From the human T2T-CHM13v2.0 reference genome, Homo sapiens, in the NCBI GenBank assembly GCA_009914755.4, contig CP086569.2, positions 19,488,001 through 19,552,000 on the forward strand: 64,000 nt of DNA. The letters run 5' to 3'. Below the pieces are notes generated by a model. That model saw only the letters and a list, made by a program, of their open reading frames with translations. It was not told the origin of the DNA and made no database searches. Within the stretch, counting starts at the first letter, position 1. Every line of letters starts with the position of its first letter. Shown here one piece after another: positions 1 through 13,552 of the stretch. The translations under genes and the position numbers were made by a program.

Positions 1-290
1 AGTCCAAGATCAAGGCACTAATAGGTCCAATGTCTGGTGAAGGTGGGTCTCTTCTTCCAAGATGGCACCTTGTTGCTGTGTTCTCCAGAGAGGACAAATA
101 CAGTGTCCTCTAATGGTGGAAGGGCTAAAAAGCCTAGCTACTTCCATTGAGTTCTTTTATAAGGTCTCTAATTGCACTCTTAACCTCCTCCCAAAGTCCC
201 CACTTTTTAATTCTATCACACAGGGGCATTTAAATTCCAACATATAAATTCTGGAGCGACACATATATTCCAGCCACAGGTGTCAAATGG
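1..290. repeat. Fragment of an old mammalian interspersed repeat ('agtccaagatcaagg...gatggcacc...' family); family name not assignable from memory
   Basis: The sequence matches, by recall, a high-copy old repeat seen widely in human DNA. No ORF. Confidence 0.3.
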
Positions 291-3251
291 AAAGACCACA
301 GGCAATATTGTACTATTTCTAATGCCTAGAAAAATGTGTATCTTAATGTTTAGGTAGAAAACAGAAATATGCTGGGAAAAACGACGTCTCGTTGTAAAGA
401 TCACAGCCCAACTCTTCGGAGGAAAAAACACAGCTTACCCTTCTCAAATGTAAGCCTAGATTTGAGGAATATAGTAGGTTATACTTATCTAAAAATTTAG
501 TAGAAAAATAAGAAGGCTTTTTTAAAAGAACAGCTCCTTTTAGTATAATGAATGAGACATTTTATGACTGGAAAAGGGGGTTTCACTTGACTCGATTATT
601 CTCGGTTCATACACTATAGTACCAAATACATTAGGAAAAACCAGTACACTGGATTACCCACCGGTTTCTATTCAGAGTTTTGTCTGATGACAGAGAAACC
701 TTTACAAAGGAGTAAATGTTATGTAACTTCTCATCATATTGAAATTAGAAGCTGGGGAGCAAACCTGGTTACCAAGAGTCATCTGGTTCGTCATGAGAAA
801 AGCCTGTTAAATTAACAAAGGAAAGAGAAAAATTAAAGGGTAAAAATTTTGAAAATTTGTGTCGGACTTTTCTGGTATCTTTATAATGGTTTCAACTTAT
901 ATCCTGGGGAGTTTCTGGCCTAGCTTATAAATTACATTAGGAACAATTTCACACGTTAAAAATATCAATCCATTCTTTTTATAGTCAGTAATTCTGACTG
1001 ATTCAATAACTTCTTACGGGCAACCTCAAATTTCTATCCATTTCTTTAGCTGACACAATGAGCGATTAGCTGTTCACATATAAAACACAGTGTTGGGAAA
1101 CCAAGTCCATTTCAACTTTTTCCGTAGATTGAAGCATGTCTATAGGGAGCCTTCCTGAACCACCTTTCTTGAGCTCTGATTATGTGGCAGAAAGGGAAGA
1201 TTTTTGAAATTTGGTATGTATTAATTTTATGATATAAGTTTCTCTAAGAACCATTTTTGAAACATATATGTCATTTAAAAGCCTAAAAACGTTGTGACTG
1301 ATAAATACAAAATTTAGCAAGCACATCAAAATAAACGATCAGGTATGCATTTAACACCATGATACTTCAGACTTATATAAAATATTAATGTCAGTACATA
1401 TGTACTTGTTATATGATAATAGTTGTTTTCTTTCTTGTTCCTAAAAAACATGAAAAACCCTACCTTTACAAACATTGATAAACCAAAACCTATTAAATAC
1501 TTTGTCTTAAGAAAAAAAATCCATAATTTTTTTCAAAACAGCATTACCTTTAAATGACTCAAGGTTCCATGTGAAATTTAGATTTTTTATGCTTTCCACC
1601 TTTTTGTCTTCAATGGAGGAGAAAGATTACTCAGATGTGGATTCCTGTTCCAAGGAGTTAAAATAAACCACAGAAGCCCTGTGTGTCCCCCACCCACAGC
1701 ATGTATGCTAGTGAAGTAAGTTTTTGTAATGAAAGTCATTGCTGTCATCATTGGAAAACAAATAGATCATCTAAATGCTGGGAGCGATGAATTTCCCTCA
1801 AGCGTCCTATGCTTTAGATCTGAATTAACCAGGAATCCAGGGAACATCCATGTGTTATGGTAATTCAAGCAAGACTTAACAACTGTGTTAAGTGGACAGA
1901 GTAATCCATCTGATAGGACAAGAATGAGAACCCAGAAGGGAAGAGAACCTGCGGAAAAAGGGAGGCACCAAATGCCCCTGGAAGCAGCCTTGGACTGGCG
2001 GCCATGTCCGCCCTTGGGGTCTTCTGATGCCAGCTAGCTGACATTGACAGCCTCTTCTTTAAAGTCTGTTTTCAAAGCAACATTCTGAAGCAAAGCACAG
2101 TCTACATTTTTTACAGACTTATTTAAGGATCAAATAGAATGCACAAAAATTACCTTCAAAAACAGTCATATACTATGAAACTCCTAAGCTCCATATTCTG
2201 TGCAGCCTTTCTTACTGCTTGTAAGACAAGAAGAGAACAGGGGTGCCTTTCAGGGCACATGCCACTCTTCTGACTTTGGACACTAATTGACTCCCTTCCC
2301 TGACCTCAACGTACTTATGAAAGCTGTACAATGCTGGAACTTGTACAGAGAAGCAACTCATTACCCTTTTGTGATCTAGATTTTCTAGCTCCCTTTGTTC
2401 CCTTGCTAAAATGTAGGTTACTCTGCCGTTTTTCTTCTCTGCCTTTGTTCTTTCACTTGCTGTTGCCATATTTTTTCTTCTTGCTTTTGTTCCTCAATTG
2501 GTTTCTGAACTATACCTAACAGTTCAGAAAATAAAGAGTAGCTGCCCGTATCAGATTGTTCAAATGAATGTGAGACCAGTCTGCAGGAGTCCTTGCCAAG
2601 ACCCGGGGAGACTCTGCTTGGCTTTTGTTTGACACGTGACCTACTTCAAGTCGCTGTTCCATGTTCATCGACTTCAAGCCCCCAATCCCGCTCCTTGCCA
2701 CTGCATCCCACTTCACTTGGCTGAGATGAGTTGTACTCATCCCAGGGTGACTTGTAGTCACCCTCATCATGACCGACTCCAAGTGACATATCCTCCCTCC
2801 ATGTCGCAAGTTCTTGTCCTTTACACGGATCTCCTTCCCCTTTTTCAAAGCAAAGCCTACATTTCTGCCTCTGCCTTTGATTATAATCCCTCTCCTAACT
2901 TTAGGATCCTGACTGAGCCACTGATCCCTATTTCTGTACAGAGCAGTTTTATAACTCTTACTCTCATAAAGGTGCTCAAGTCTGTTCTCCCCTGAAAAAA
3001 CAGAACAGACATCACACACCTGCACTCCCCCAGACATTCTAGCCAACTCACTTTTCATTCCCCACTTCCACCAAATGGACGGCAGTCCTTCCTGGGTTTT
3101 TCACGATTACTCAGATATGGATCCTTTCCGTATCTTTTCTTCTACTGCTGGTCTCTCTACCTGCCCTCACATCCACAGTTCTGACAGTTTCCTGCCATAT
3201 ACATGTGAAATCCTCACAGCACCAGCTTTGTCCTGGGTGGGATCATCCCAG

Positions 3252-3280
3252 TTTTTTTGTTTGTTTGTTTGTTTGTTTTT
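3252..3280. repeat. (TTTG)n microsatellite
   Basis: Read directly: tttttttgtttgtttgtttgtttgttttt. Confidence 0.85.
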
Positions 3281-3479
3281 CTCATGCTCTTTCTATCCTC
3301 CATCCATCTAGCAACCAGTGCTGGCATGTTCACATTCCCTGTCATTCAGCTGCACCAGGGGCCTTTCTCACCATCTCCCTGGAATACTTAAAGAGCCCAC
3401 CCAGTCAAGACTCTCCGTGAAGTCAGTCTCTGCCTTCTAGTAACTTGTGGTCATTTGCACCAGGAATTTCCTGAGGGGA

Positions 3480-3880
3480 AGGTGTGTATCTTCTGTGCAG
3501 TGTCTCTGCTCTGTTAGAGTTCAACACCATGGTAGTCTGGGCTCCAAAAATCTGCCTTTATCTTTCCATATTGATTTCCTATAACACCACCAGCTTTGAC
3601 CTAGAAATATTTCATCTGTCTCAACCCACTCACTGGGGCCTGGCCATGGTTATGTCTTCCTTGCTTGGTATTCACCTTTACTGTCTCCTCGGCCTGCGGC
3701 CCTCCCACACTGTCATAAAGCCTGTTATGCTATTCAAAACCCAACTGAAATGCCATATCCTCCTTATTTCTGAAGGGACAAGTAACCAAACCACTCCAGC
3801 AGCTTACTTACACCATATCTTGCACCTGCTTGTTGAAAACCTACACATACTTGTTTTGTCCACTTCTATTTTTTTCCAGT
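3480..3880 (-). mobile_element. MaLR-type LTR fragment (THE1/MST/MLT1-like), minus orientation
   Basis: 'ggccctcccacactgtc' is the reverse complement of the MaLR 'gacagtgtgggagggcc' motif. Positions 3695-3775 are the reverse complement of 6061-6140. Confidence 0.35.
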
Positions 3881-6049
3881 GAAGCCCCATATTTTAGTAA
3901 ATTGTCTGTTCTCTCTGCATCTTGGCACAGATCCCTACATCTCAAATGTTTCATTAGACATCATTCTCAGAAACAATTATGCTGACCTTTCTCTTACAGT
4001 TCTGACACATAACCGATGTTTTTAAAGCTAGAAATGCTAATACGAAGAAAAATTCATAGGTTTACCAGAGGACTCTGAACCTTCTTGCTCTGCCTTGTTT
4101 TAAACTCATCCGCAGTGACTGAGTTAATTTCATGAATAAGAGAGAAGCAACACAGTTTTTCCTCTCTCTCCACCCCCCATCTCTTCTCAATCCTTCTCAT
4201 GAAATTAAAATACAAAAGAGGCGTTTGATAATTTCTGCAGGCAGAAAGGCAACTTTCTCTTTGCTAGAACAAGAAGTGAAAGTTACTCTAAGATGAGATT
4301 GTTTTCTTTTATGGAATAGTAATCTCAAAATAGGGATGTTGTTTAAGCACCTCTATATTTAGAAACAAAGAGGAAGAACAAACTGCTTTTCTGCTCTGGT
4401 GTATGTTTTGCACCTGCACGGTGGAATACAGAAACCTCTGTGGACACAAAGGCAAAGGAATAAAGTATGTTCATTGGGCACCTCATATCAGAGACACCAA
4501 ATTGCAGCCTTTTCCATTCCATCTGTGCCCAGATGAAGAGGTGAAATGATGAATATAAAAATTTCTCAATAACAACAATGCTACTCACTATGCTCCTTAA
4601 TAATTTTAAAGCTAGTATGATAATGTACATTCTCTCTCAGAGGCAGAACACCTCACTACTCAGTTGATTTTCTTTATTCTATCACATTATTTTCATTCCC
4701 TTGCTCAGGCCTGGGACAAACGGCTGCCTGTCAGAAACTCCTTCTTGGGGCCACCTTCCCTAATGATCAGCTGCAGCCCATTTCTTCTGCACTCCTGGGT
4801 AATGTCTTCCTGGCAATCTGCCTCAGTGACTAGAAATTCAGGAAGACAAGGGCTTGGTTGGGTTCACTGTTGTGCATTCAGCCCCAAGGAAAGTGCCAAG
4901 GAGAGATAGGCTTTAGATAAAATCTCTCTGAATGCTCTCCAAAGCAGATTTACTCTTGAATCAGCAAAGTCCAACTTCTCAAAACCCCTTGCCTCTTTAA
5001 GTAATTCTGTATGTTCTCGAGTGCCATGACTATAAGCAAGAAACTGCTAACAAGAGGTTTTGGAAATGTTTTGAAGATGATGCATTTTCAATATTTGTGG
5101 GGAAGAAAGTGTGGTTTAACTTGAGAAATTTTCTTTCGTGTTTGAGAATTAAACACTTTGATCCCAAAACAAAAGAGCCTGGCTGTTTGCTTAGCCCTAG
5201 AGCAAAGTGCAAAGCTCCCACAGCTCTCTTCCAGTCTCCCTGCACCTCCAGCAAGGAAAGTGGGTAATCTGAAAGAAGACTGGATTGAGAAAGTGGGCCA
5301 GACAAGAGAAGTCTGATGGCCAGTTTTTCTCCAGTGCTAAGTTAACTCAGCGTAACAGCTTTTCCAAAAATTAAAATACAAATATTTTCCCTAATTTCTT
5401 AAGACACGAAGGAAGCATATAGGTGGAAAAAGAAATAATATTTAAATGTTTCAATCACATAAAGTTCTCTAATGGGAGTTAACTATTATTTCAGTGTTTC
5501 ATCATGATCTCTCAAGATGATAAGGCCTTCATGAAATAGTTTTTGCCAAAGAGTTTTGGGGAAAAGTCTACCTAGTATGCTAGACACTGAATAGTTAATG
5601 AAAACACTTTCAAGAAACTCATCTCGGAAGCCAAAATGAGAAGTCCTTCATTGCAACGTGTGCTTTCCTCAGCATGGTCTTTACAAGATAACACAGAAGT
5701 TACTTCAGAAACGTCATTAACGACATAACGACACTATAAACCCCACACCAATACTTTGACTAGATTACACCTACAAAAAGACCTTCAGTGATACATGAAA
5801 TAATTCACAGAGTACACATTACACAGATGTGACCCTGCAGACTGTTAGTTAAAATAAATAACTTACTTGGGTATTGATATGAGATGGGCACAGCAGCTGC
5901 AGCAGCACCCACAAGAGGCATATCTCCAGATATGCGTACACATGAGACATATCTCCAGAAGAGAACTCATCCATTTCAAGATGCCCGGGCACGTTTCCTG
6001 CATCTGCATGAGGCACAAATGGTTTTCCCATGAGTCGTTCCTTAGCAAT

Positions 6050-6230
6050 AACCTCCTTCAGAAATAAGGAGGATATGGCATTTCAGTTGGGTTTTGAATA
6101 GCATATCAGGCTTTATGACAGTGTGGGAGGGCCACAGTGCCATGTGGGGGCAACTGGCTGGAGCATGGGAACTGCAGCCAAAGTAACTAGGTGGACTTTT
6201 TCCTGAGCGGATTTTGTGAATTTCCAAACA
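6050..6230 (+). mobile_element. MaLR-type LTR fragment, plus orientation; inverted relative to 3480-3880
   Basis: 'gacagtgtgggagggccacagtgccatgtggggg' resembles THE1/MST 'cacgtgttgtgggagggacccagtgggag'. Inverted match to 3695-3775. Confidence 0.35.
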
Positions 6231-7627
6231 TAACCACTTGCCAATGTATTAGCTTGTCAGAGTCTTCTTGTACTTAAAAGAATTAACTTTGTTTACAAAA
6301 CTAGATTTCCCAACAAGAAAGTCAACCCAGTGACAGTGAAGAATCCATATGGCTTGTTGACAATAATCTGAATTCTTTTGAAATGTCAGTGATTTCACCC
6401 AAATACTTTAACAGATATTCACGAAATTTACGGAGCCCTCTCATTGACTTTTCAAAATATTATACTTCCAGATTTGAAGATGACTTTTACAAGACTAACC
6501 AATGGGTTACATACAAATATAAAGATTTCTCAAGCTGGAAAGAACCACAGAGATGATATGCTCTACATGCTTATTTTACACTTACAAAGTGACTACAAAG
6601 TGAGACAGTCTAAGGCAGGGCCACAGCCAGAACACCAGTTTCTGGACTCTTAATATTCTTTTATCTCCACTCTTTCACTAAAAATGAGGTTTTCTGGATC
6701 TGAGGAAATCAACAGAATCAGTTAATTTAAAGAAAAATAACATCCTTGTATTCCATATAAAGGAAGAAATACATATTTTAAAATCACTTATTTTAAATCT
6801 TATAAGTTAATGTATTTATGAGCTTAGCTCAAACTTTAAAATTAGTCATGCTGAAATACTTTAAAAGTAAACAGACACAATCACAAAAACTTCATGATAG
6901 AAAAATGAGCTGATATAGCTGTATTTGTAGTTTTGTCACAGAATAAAAATGATCCAATTTCTAACTGCTGTTTTGTTTTTATATCAATAGATACGCTTCA
7001 CCAAAATGAAACTTTCCAGATCTTCAACTTATGAAAACAGGTATTTATGTTGCAACTTACATTTAAAAGATGAGTCGAATTACTCATAATCCTTAGAAGT
7101 TAGCTTGTCCGCATCTGAAAATTCACTTTTACCTTGAAGTTCAATCTGTCTCTGGGAAAGACTAGATTGGAAGAATAAAATTCAAGAATGTGATGTTTTA
7201 GTAATGGAAAAGCCAAGAGCGTCAGGTGGCAAAAGTCCTTCTGTTACTCAAGAAAATGCTCTGAAAAATTCCTTTTCTCTTTTTTTTTTGTAAAGATTAA
7301 CTCCACCTCACCACCACAATGAGGTATTTTTCTCAGCAATTGACACCTGTTTACTCAGTTACTCCCTGTAACTATGTTATGCTGTGAAGTAGGCAATACA
7401 GTTGTTAAAGAAGAATAATGTTGGACTCTGAATGTTATTCCGAGGAGTTTCATTTTTCAATAGTAATAAAACATTTCTAAAAAAATTCTGCATATTACCA
7501 GCATGAACCAGCTGAGGTGGCAATAGCAAAAACTTGAGTGATTAGAGTGCCCTACTCAGCATATGTGTATGTTTTATCCTTCCTTTTGGCTTATCACAAG
7601 TACAAAAAAAGAAAAAAAAAAAAACAC

Positions 7628-7914
7628 CTGGCCATGTGTGGTGGATCATGTCTGTAATCCTAGCACTTTGGGAAGCTGAGGCTGGAAGATCACAAGGTGA
7701 GGAGCCTGAGACCATCCCGGCCAATATGGTGAAAACCCATCTCTACTAAAAATACAAAAATTAGCAGAGCATGGTGGTGCGTGTCTGTAGTCCCAGTTAC
7801 TCATAGGGTGAGGCAGGAGAATTGCTTGAACCCAAGAGGCAGAGGCTGCAGTAAGGTGAGACTACACTCAAGCCAGGGTGACAGGGCAAGACTCTGTCTC
7901 AAAAAAAGAAAAAG
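7628..7914 (+). mobile_element. Alu SINE (full length, A-rich tail)
   Basis: 'ggccatgtgtggtggatcatgtctgtaatcctagcactttgggaagctgaggc' ... 'actctgtctcaaaaaaagaaaaag'. A-rich flanks on both sides. Confidence 0.9.
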
Positions 7915-7933
7915 CTTTGGAAACATGACTGGT

Positions 7934-8420
7934 GTTGCTGGAAACAGCAGACTAGAGAGGTTGATGTGGGGAAACTGGGGGATTTATTTATGTGCACCAG
8001 CTCAGCGAACTTATAACCAAAAAGGCTGAGTATTGAATAAAGACTGAGCAGGGCTCTTTATAAGCAAACTTTCAGAAGCAGAAGTAAAGCAGTTGATTAT
8101 ACAATGAAAGGTTATGTAATTTATAGCATAACTTTTGACTTTGCATAACATCTTGCCTTGCATAGCTGGGTTTTGCAGCTGTGTTGAAAGAAAAATGAAC
8201 CTACAAATTTTACTAAATACAAGCATTGGTAAACATAGTCATAATTAATGCTTCAGAAGAAGGAGAGACAGTAAAGTAATTTGCTTTTAATTTCAACTTT
8301 GCTCCAGTAAGGGGTATTTGCAACCCATTCACTTGGCCTCAACTTTTTAGACACTGTTATTTTATGACTGTCCTTGAAGTGAGCTAGATAGATGGAGAAA
8401 ATACTTGTTTTTTTTTTTCT
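7934..8420 (-). mobile_element. 3' LTR of the class-I ERV
   Basis: Aligns with 16099-16650, for example 'ctgagtattgaataaagactgagcagggctctttataagcaaa' against 'ctgatcattgaacaaagactgagtggggtatttataagcaaa', and 'taaatacaagcattggtaaacatagtcataattaatg' against 'taaatacaagcattcggaaacatagtcaaaattaatg'. Confidence 0.6.
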
Positions 8421-8424
8421 TTGT
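8408..8424 (-). other. Polypurine-tract-like run (AAAGAAAAAAAAAAA on minus strand) abutting the 3' LTR
   Basis: Plus strand reads 'ttttttttttt ctttg' immediately right of the LTR. A similar T-run also ends the other LTR, so this may be part of the LTR itself. Confidence 0.25.
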
Positions 8425-10214
8425 CATACGTGTCTTGTCACATTTTTCTATTTTTTTTTGATACCATTTATAGGAGAAATTTAATAGAAGGCATTCGTAT
8501 TATTTTATTCTTTATGGGAAAGCATGTTTTCTTCTTTGGTCAAAGGTTGATATTTAGTTAGGGCTATTAACTCAGTAGCAGTATGCCTGGTCATATTGTT
8601 TTTGGACTATGTAGTATGTGTAGAAGTTGGGAATCCTTTTATGGGTACTTTTTTTTTTTATCAAGGTTAAGTGGGGAAATAACAGCAAAGCAATGAGTAG
8701 CATATTTATGTTTAGTGTGGTTAGAAGAGATTCATACCCAGGGGAGGAGGTTGAGTATAGTGACAGAATAACAGTAAAATAATTAGTATTACAGTGAAAA
8801 TTAGATTTAAGATTTTTAATTATATTTAACTTGCCTGATGAGTTTTTAAGTTTTGGCTGTGCGTAGACTAGTTATCTTCTGGAGTGTGATTAGAGCTGGG
8901 CTTGTTGTCCTCTTCTTCATCTTTAGTCTTGTGTGGATTCGTCGGCTTTTGGAGGGACCAGAGCAGGGCTGTTGTTCTCAGTGACAACTCTGTCTTGTTG
9001 CATGATTAGCTGCCTGTTTCAGCAAACCATGATGGATCGATTAAGGCATGATTCCTGCAATTTTAACAGCAGTGGGAGTGGATAAGATTACAAAATGGGA
9101 CCCATCCCTTATGGGTTCTAGAGAAGTTGGGTTTCATTTTTTAACCCAAAGAGAGTAGTTAGGTTTAAAGAAGCATGCTGGGCCTGTCGGGCTAATACGC
9201 ATTTCTTAATGTACCTGACGCTGAATACTTCACATGGCTATTTTTAAAACCTGCATTTGCTTTTTGAAGATTAATTTCCTTAGTTTGCAGAGATTACTTT
9301 TAATTTGACCTAAGATTTGGTGTGGCTGATTGAAAAAAATTTTATAGGGTGAATACCTAGTTTGTTTAGTGGGGTGCACCTGACTCGGATGAACACCATG
9401 GGCAGGATTTGATTTTATTATAGTTGATTTTTGTGATAATTTCTTTTGGTAAGTGCTTCAGTGATTTGTTTATGCATTTGGTTTTCTTTTTTTTTAACTT
9501 TGTTGTTGGTAGGCTGTGTGTAACTTTCATTTTATTTTATGCAACTTTGCTAGATTTTAAATTATTTCAACTATAATTGCTAAACTCTTGTTTGACTTCA
9601 AAGTTAGAGGCAGTTTAAACCTGGGGATAATGTTTTTAAACAGTATTTTAACTACTTTTTTGCCTTTTCAGTCCTCATTGGAAAACCTTAACCTATGTTG
9701 AAAAGGTGTAAATAAGTGCTAGTATAAAACAATAGCACCTGACATGGGACAGTTTTGTGAAGTTTACAAGTAAGTTTTTACAAGGCATAGCTTTTATTTT
9801 TTAGATCCCTGGGGGCTGGGTAGGCCCTTGCCCTGGGTTGTTTTGAGCATAAGTTTGTTTCGGGAATTCAGGGACCCTGAATGGAGGGACTGGCTGGAGC
9901 TGCGACAGAAGAACATAAATTGTGAAGATTTCATCGACATTTATCAGTTCCCTAATAGTACTCTTATAATTCCTTACAGCTGTCTTACTTTAGTCTCTTA
10001 ATCCTGTTTTCTTCGTAAGCTGAGAATGCATGTCACCTCAGGACCACTACTGTATAAATTGATTGTAACATATGTGTTTGAAAACGATGAAATCAGTGCA
10101 CCTTGAAAACGAACCAAATAACAGCAGTTTTAGAGAACAAGGGAAGACAACCATAAAGACTGACTGCCTGTGGGCTTGGGCAAAAAGAGCCATATTTTTC
10201 TTCTTGCAGAGAGC

Positions 10215-10860
10215 CTATAAATGGACTATAAATGTGCAGGTATGACAGATATCACTAAATTCTTTTACTAGCAAGGAATATTGATAATTGATCCTCTGGG
10301 AAAATAATTGCATTCCTGGGGGGAGGTCTATAAATGGCCACTCTGGGAGTGTCTGTCTCATGCGGTTGAGATGAGGACTGAAATACGCCCTGGTCTCCTG
10401 CAGCAACCTCAGGCTCACTAGGGTGGGGAAAAACCCCACCCTGGTGAATTTGAGGTCAGACCATTTCTCTGCTCTTAAACCCTGTTTTCTGTTGTTTAAG
10501 ATGTTTATCAAGACAATAAGTGCACAGCTGAACATAGACCCTCATCAGTAATTCTAATTTTTCCTTTTGCCTTGTAATCTTGCTTTGCCCTTTGCCTTGT
10601 GGTCTTTATTGGCCTCAGAAGAATGTGATCTTTGTTCTCCTATTGCTTTTTGAAGAGTGTGATCTTTGGGACCTACTCTCTGTTTGTACACCCGCCTCCC
10701 CTTGTGAAGTCCTTAGAAAAACCTGCTGGTTTTGTGGCTCAGGTGGGCATCAGGGTCCTACCTGTATGTGATGTTATCCCCAGTGGGCCAGCTGTAAAAT
10801 TCCTCTCTTTGTACTCTTTCTCTTTATTTCTCAGGCTGGCCAACACTTAGAAATATAAAA
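10215..10860 (+). mobile_element. Possible nested solo LTR of a HERV-K-superfamily-like element inside the class-I ERV
   Basis: Motif layout recalls HERV-K LTR U3/R: 'gggtggggaaaaaccccaccctgg', 'gatgtttatcaagac', 'cacccgcctccccttgtgaagtcc', 'ctctttatttctcaggc'. No alignment was run. Confidence 0.2.
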
Positions 10861-13156
10861 AGAACCTATGTTGAAATATTGGGGGCAGGGTCCCCAGATA
10901 TAAGTTAAGTTTGTTCACAAACACCTTGAATGATGGCAGTGAGTTCTGGCATGCAGAAGTGGCATTTCAGTAAGTTTTTAGTGCCATTTTTCACATATGA
11001 GTTTTTTGTATAATTTGCTTGAAAAATTATTTCCGCAATGGCTAATTTACTGTTATACAACTTTTATCAATTTTTGTTAATATATTTTCTAGTTTTTTTG
11101 ATAAACGAGGCCCTCTCATTTGGAGTGTAACTTGGGATATTTTGGAGTGGAGGTTCTGGGATGAGAGGCATATTTAAGGTTCTTTTAAAAATTATGGCAT
11201 AATTATTTCTTCCTGTTTTGCCTTCCTGTTAACTTTCCTATTTCCTTTGGCTTTTGATGTCCCTGCATTTTGGTGCCCCCAATAATGCATTATTACTACT
11301 TTTTCTGGAGCCTATACAGCTGTTAAGAGCTGTAGAATTTTTTCTTAGTACTTTATTTTTTTGCCTCCAGCTGTTAAGAGATTTTCTTTTTATACACATT
11401 TCTATGAACATGTAGTGTTGTAAAAGTATATTTAGAGTCTGTATAAATATTCAGCTTTTTGTCTTTTGGTAGCAAAAGGGCACTTGGTAGGGCTATTGAT
11501 TTTGCCTTTTGGGCTCATGTTCCAGTAGGCAGAGATTGAGCTTCTACCATTGAGTTTAATGTTACCACTGCATACCCTGCTTGTTGGATATTTTTCTAGC
11601 TGAAAACTACTTTAATTTATGAAGTATTAAACATCTGAGTTTTTGAGGGGTTGATCTGTAAGGTCTCCTTTTCCAGAAAATATTTCATCCACTTTTTAGA
11701 CACAGTTATGGAGGGGAGCTTCAGGTTCAACTAGGAGCAGCGTGGTTGGGCTTAAGGGGTTTACTGCTTTTTAAGTAATGTAAGGGTTTTCGTACAGAAG
11801 CCCTTGGTACTGCATTATTCTCAGAATTGATAACCAGTGGGACCTTCTTTGGCTCATTGATGTTTCGACTGAGTGTGGCACCTGGACGGTTAGCTGCTGT
11901 CTCAAATTAAGTTTGTTAGCCTCTTGTGTTAGCAAGGCAGTGGTGGCTAATGCCTTAAGGCAAGGAGGCCATCCTAGTGCCACAGAGTCTAATTGTTTAG
12001 TTAAGTATGCCGCTGGACAATGCTATAATTTTATAATTTGGGTTAAGAACACTGAAGCCATTTCTTTTCACTTATGGATGTATAGAAAGAAAGGCTTAGT
12101 TATGTTTGGCAGTCCAAACGCTGGGGCCTGAGTTAAGGCTTTTTTTTTTTTTTTAATTTGTTTAAATGCTTTTTGCTGTATGATCCTTTTCCAGAGGAGG
12201 GTTTCTTTATTTTCCCCCTTCATAATTTTATATGATGGCTTAGCCATCAGTGAGAAATTTGGGATTTAGATATGGTGGAATTTTTCTGCTTCTAAGAATT
12301 TGTTTTCTTTAATGCCTAGTGGTTGGGGTTGGGAGTGTACAAATGGCCTGCTTCCACTTATGGCCAAGGTGGCATTCCACGTGGCTTACAATGAAACCTA
12401 TATATTTGAAATTTTTATGAAAAATTGGGCCATTTGTTGAGATAATTTGTAACCTGTTTTTCATAGGAGATAGAGGAGGTCTTGGGTTTCTTGATAACAG
12501 CCCTCCTGGATTGGTGCTACTAAAGAAAGATCATCTACATACTGCAACAAGGCACAGTTATCCTTTGGCAGGTTGTAGGCTTTAAGGTCAGTGCTTCCCT
12601 AAAGATTGGGGGTGAGTCTTTGAACTTGTGAGAGCCTGGTCCAGGTGAGTTGCATAGCTTTTTTGTTTGATTGAAAGGCAAATATAGGTTGATTAACTTG
12701 GGCTAAGCAGATATAACAGAAAACATTCTTTAAGTTTAGGACTGTAAATCAGGTAGCAATGCTGGAATGAGATTTATTAAAATACATGCATTTGGTACCA
12801 CTGGATGGATGGTCACTGTGGCCCGGTTTGTGGCACACAGGTCGTACACTGGTCTATACTTATTAGACCCTGGTCCTGACAATGGTTTTCATATTGGCCA
12901 AAGTGGAGTGTTCTAGGGCAATTGACATCAAACAAAGATTTCATGTTGGTAAAGTGGGTTTAAATGTTTACAGACACCTTGAATAGCCTCTCGGGGGACT
13001 GGGTACTGTCAAACATAAGTCAGAGTTTCTTTTGGTTTTAACAGGACTACCACCTGTGCATGATTTACAGCTAACCCAGGTGGGGTGTCTTTAGCCCATA
13101 CTCCAGGAGTGGTATTAAGTAACTGAGAGAATGGTTTTTTCATTGCACCTGCATGT

Positions 13157-13552
13157 CTAATCTGCTGCTTGCACTTGCTTTGTATAAAGTTTCCATTTCT
13201 TAGCCTGCAGGATGATAAATGTTAACACCAGGGTTTTTGGGTGAGTCAGATTTAACGTTATACTTTTTGCACATGAAAAGCAATTTGTGCTTGCAGTTTT
13301 TGGAGTAAATTTTTTTCTTAGCAAAGGAACTGGACAATTCAGGAGGTATAGGAATTCATGTTGGATTTCTTGGCCTTTTATAACACACCTCCTTGACTGA
13401 CAGAACAGCTTTTTCTCTGTGACTCCCATGGCTTTTATAATAATTTTATTGCTTTTGGATAACGGCCCTATGGGTTGAGTGACTATTGAATGTGTACCCC
13501 TGGTGATTACCATAAAGTCCGTCAGCTGGCCTTCAACTTTTAATGTAACCAT
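13157..13552 (-). pseudogene. pro: Retroviral protease remnant (gammaretroviral type) with degenerate active site
   Basis: The ORF reads 'MVTLKVEGQLTDFMVITRGTHSIVTQPIGPLS...HEFLYLLNCPVPLLRKKF'. MLV protease reads '[32 protein letters not shown]...HSFLHVPDCPYPLLGRDLL'. The catalytic DTGA is mutated to TRGT. Confidence 0.6.

Noticed and set aside
1900-2050. Locally GC-richer stretch, a possible CpG island or promoter
   Set aside because: CpG dinucleotides are sparse (only a few CG in 150 bp) and it is too short, so it is not a CpG island.
2516-3058. 180-aa minus-strand ORF
   Set aside because: It lies in old repeat-like sequence. It has no recognisable domain, an atypical composition and no splice or start context. 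Chance ORFs of this size are expected in 64 kb.
5849-6050. Possible exon on the minus strand ('...GKPFVPHADAGNVPGHLEMDEFSSGDMSHVYA...', with a 'gtaagtta' donor-like site)
   Set aside because: It lies directly against a MaLR LTR fragment and is probably MaLR internal or adjacent sequence. The acceptor side is weak ('tgaag|g'). The peptide tail 'LLWVLLQLLCPS' looks non-protein-like. Kept as a low-priority item only.
9369-9390. 'tggggtgcacctgactcggat', partly resembling the HERV-H tRNA-His PBS (tggtgccgtgactcggat), on the plus strand
   Set aside because: It lies about 950 bp inside the class-I ERV, not next to an LTR, and on the wrong strand for that provirus. No LTR7-like sequence precedes it. 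Only the 3' 9 nt match well, so it is most likely chance.
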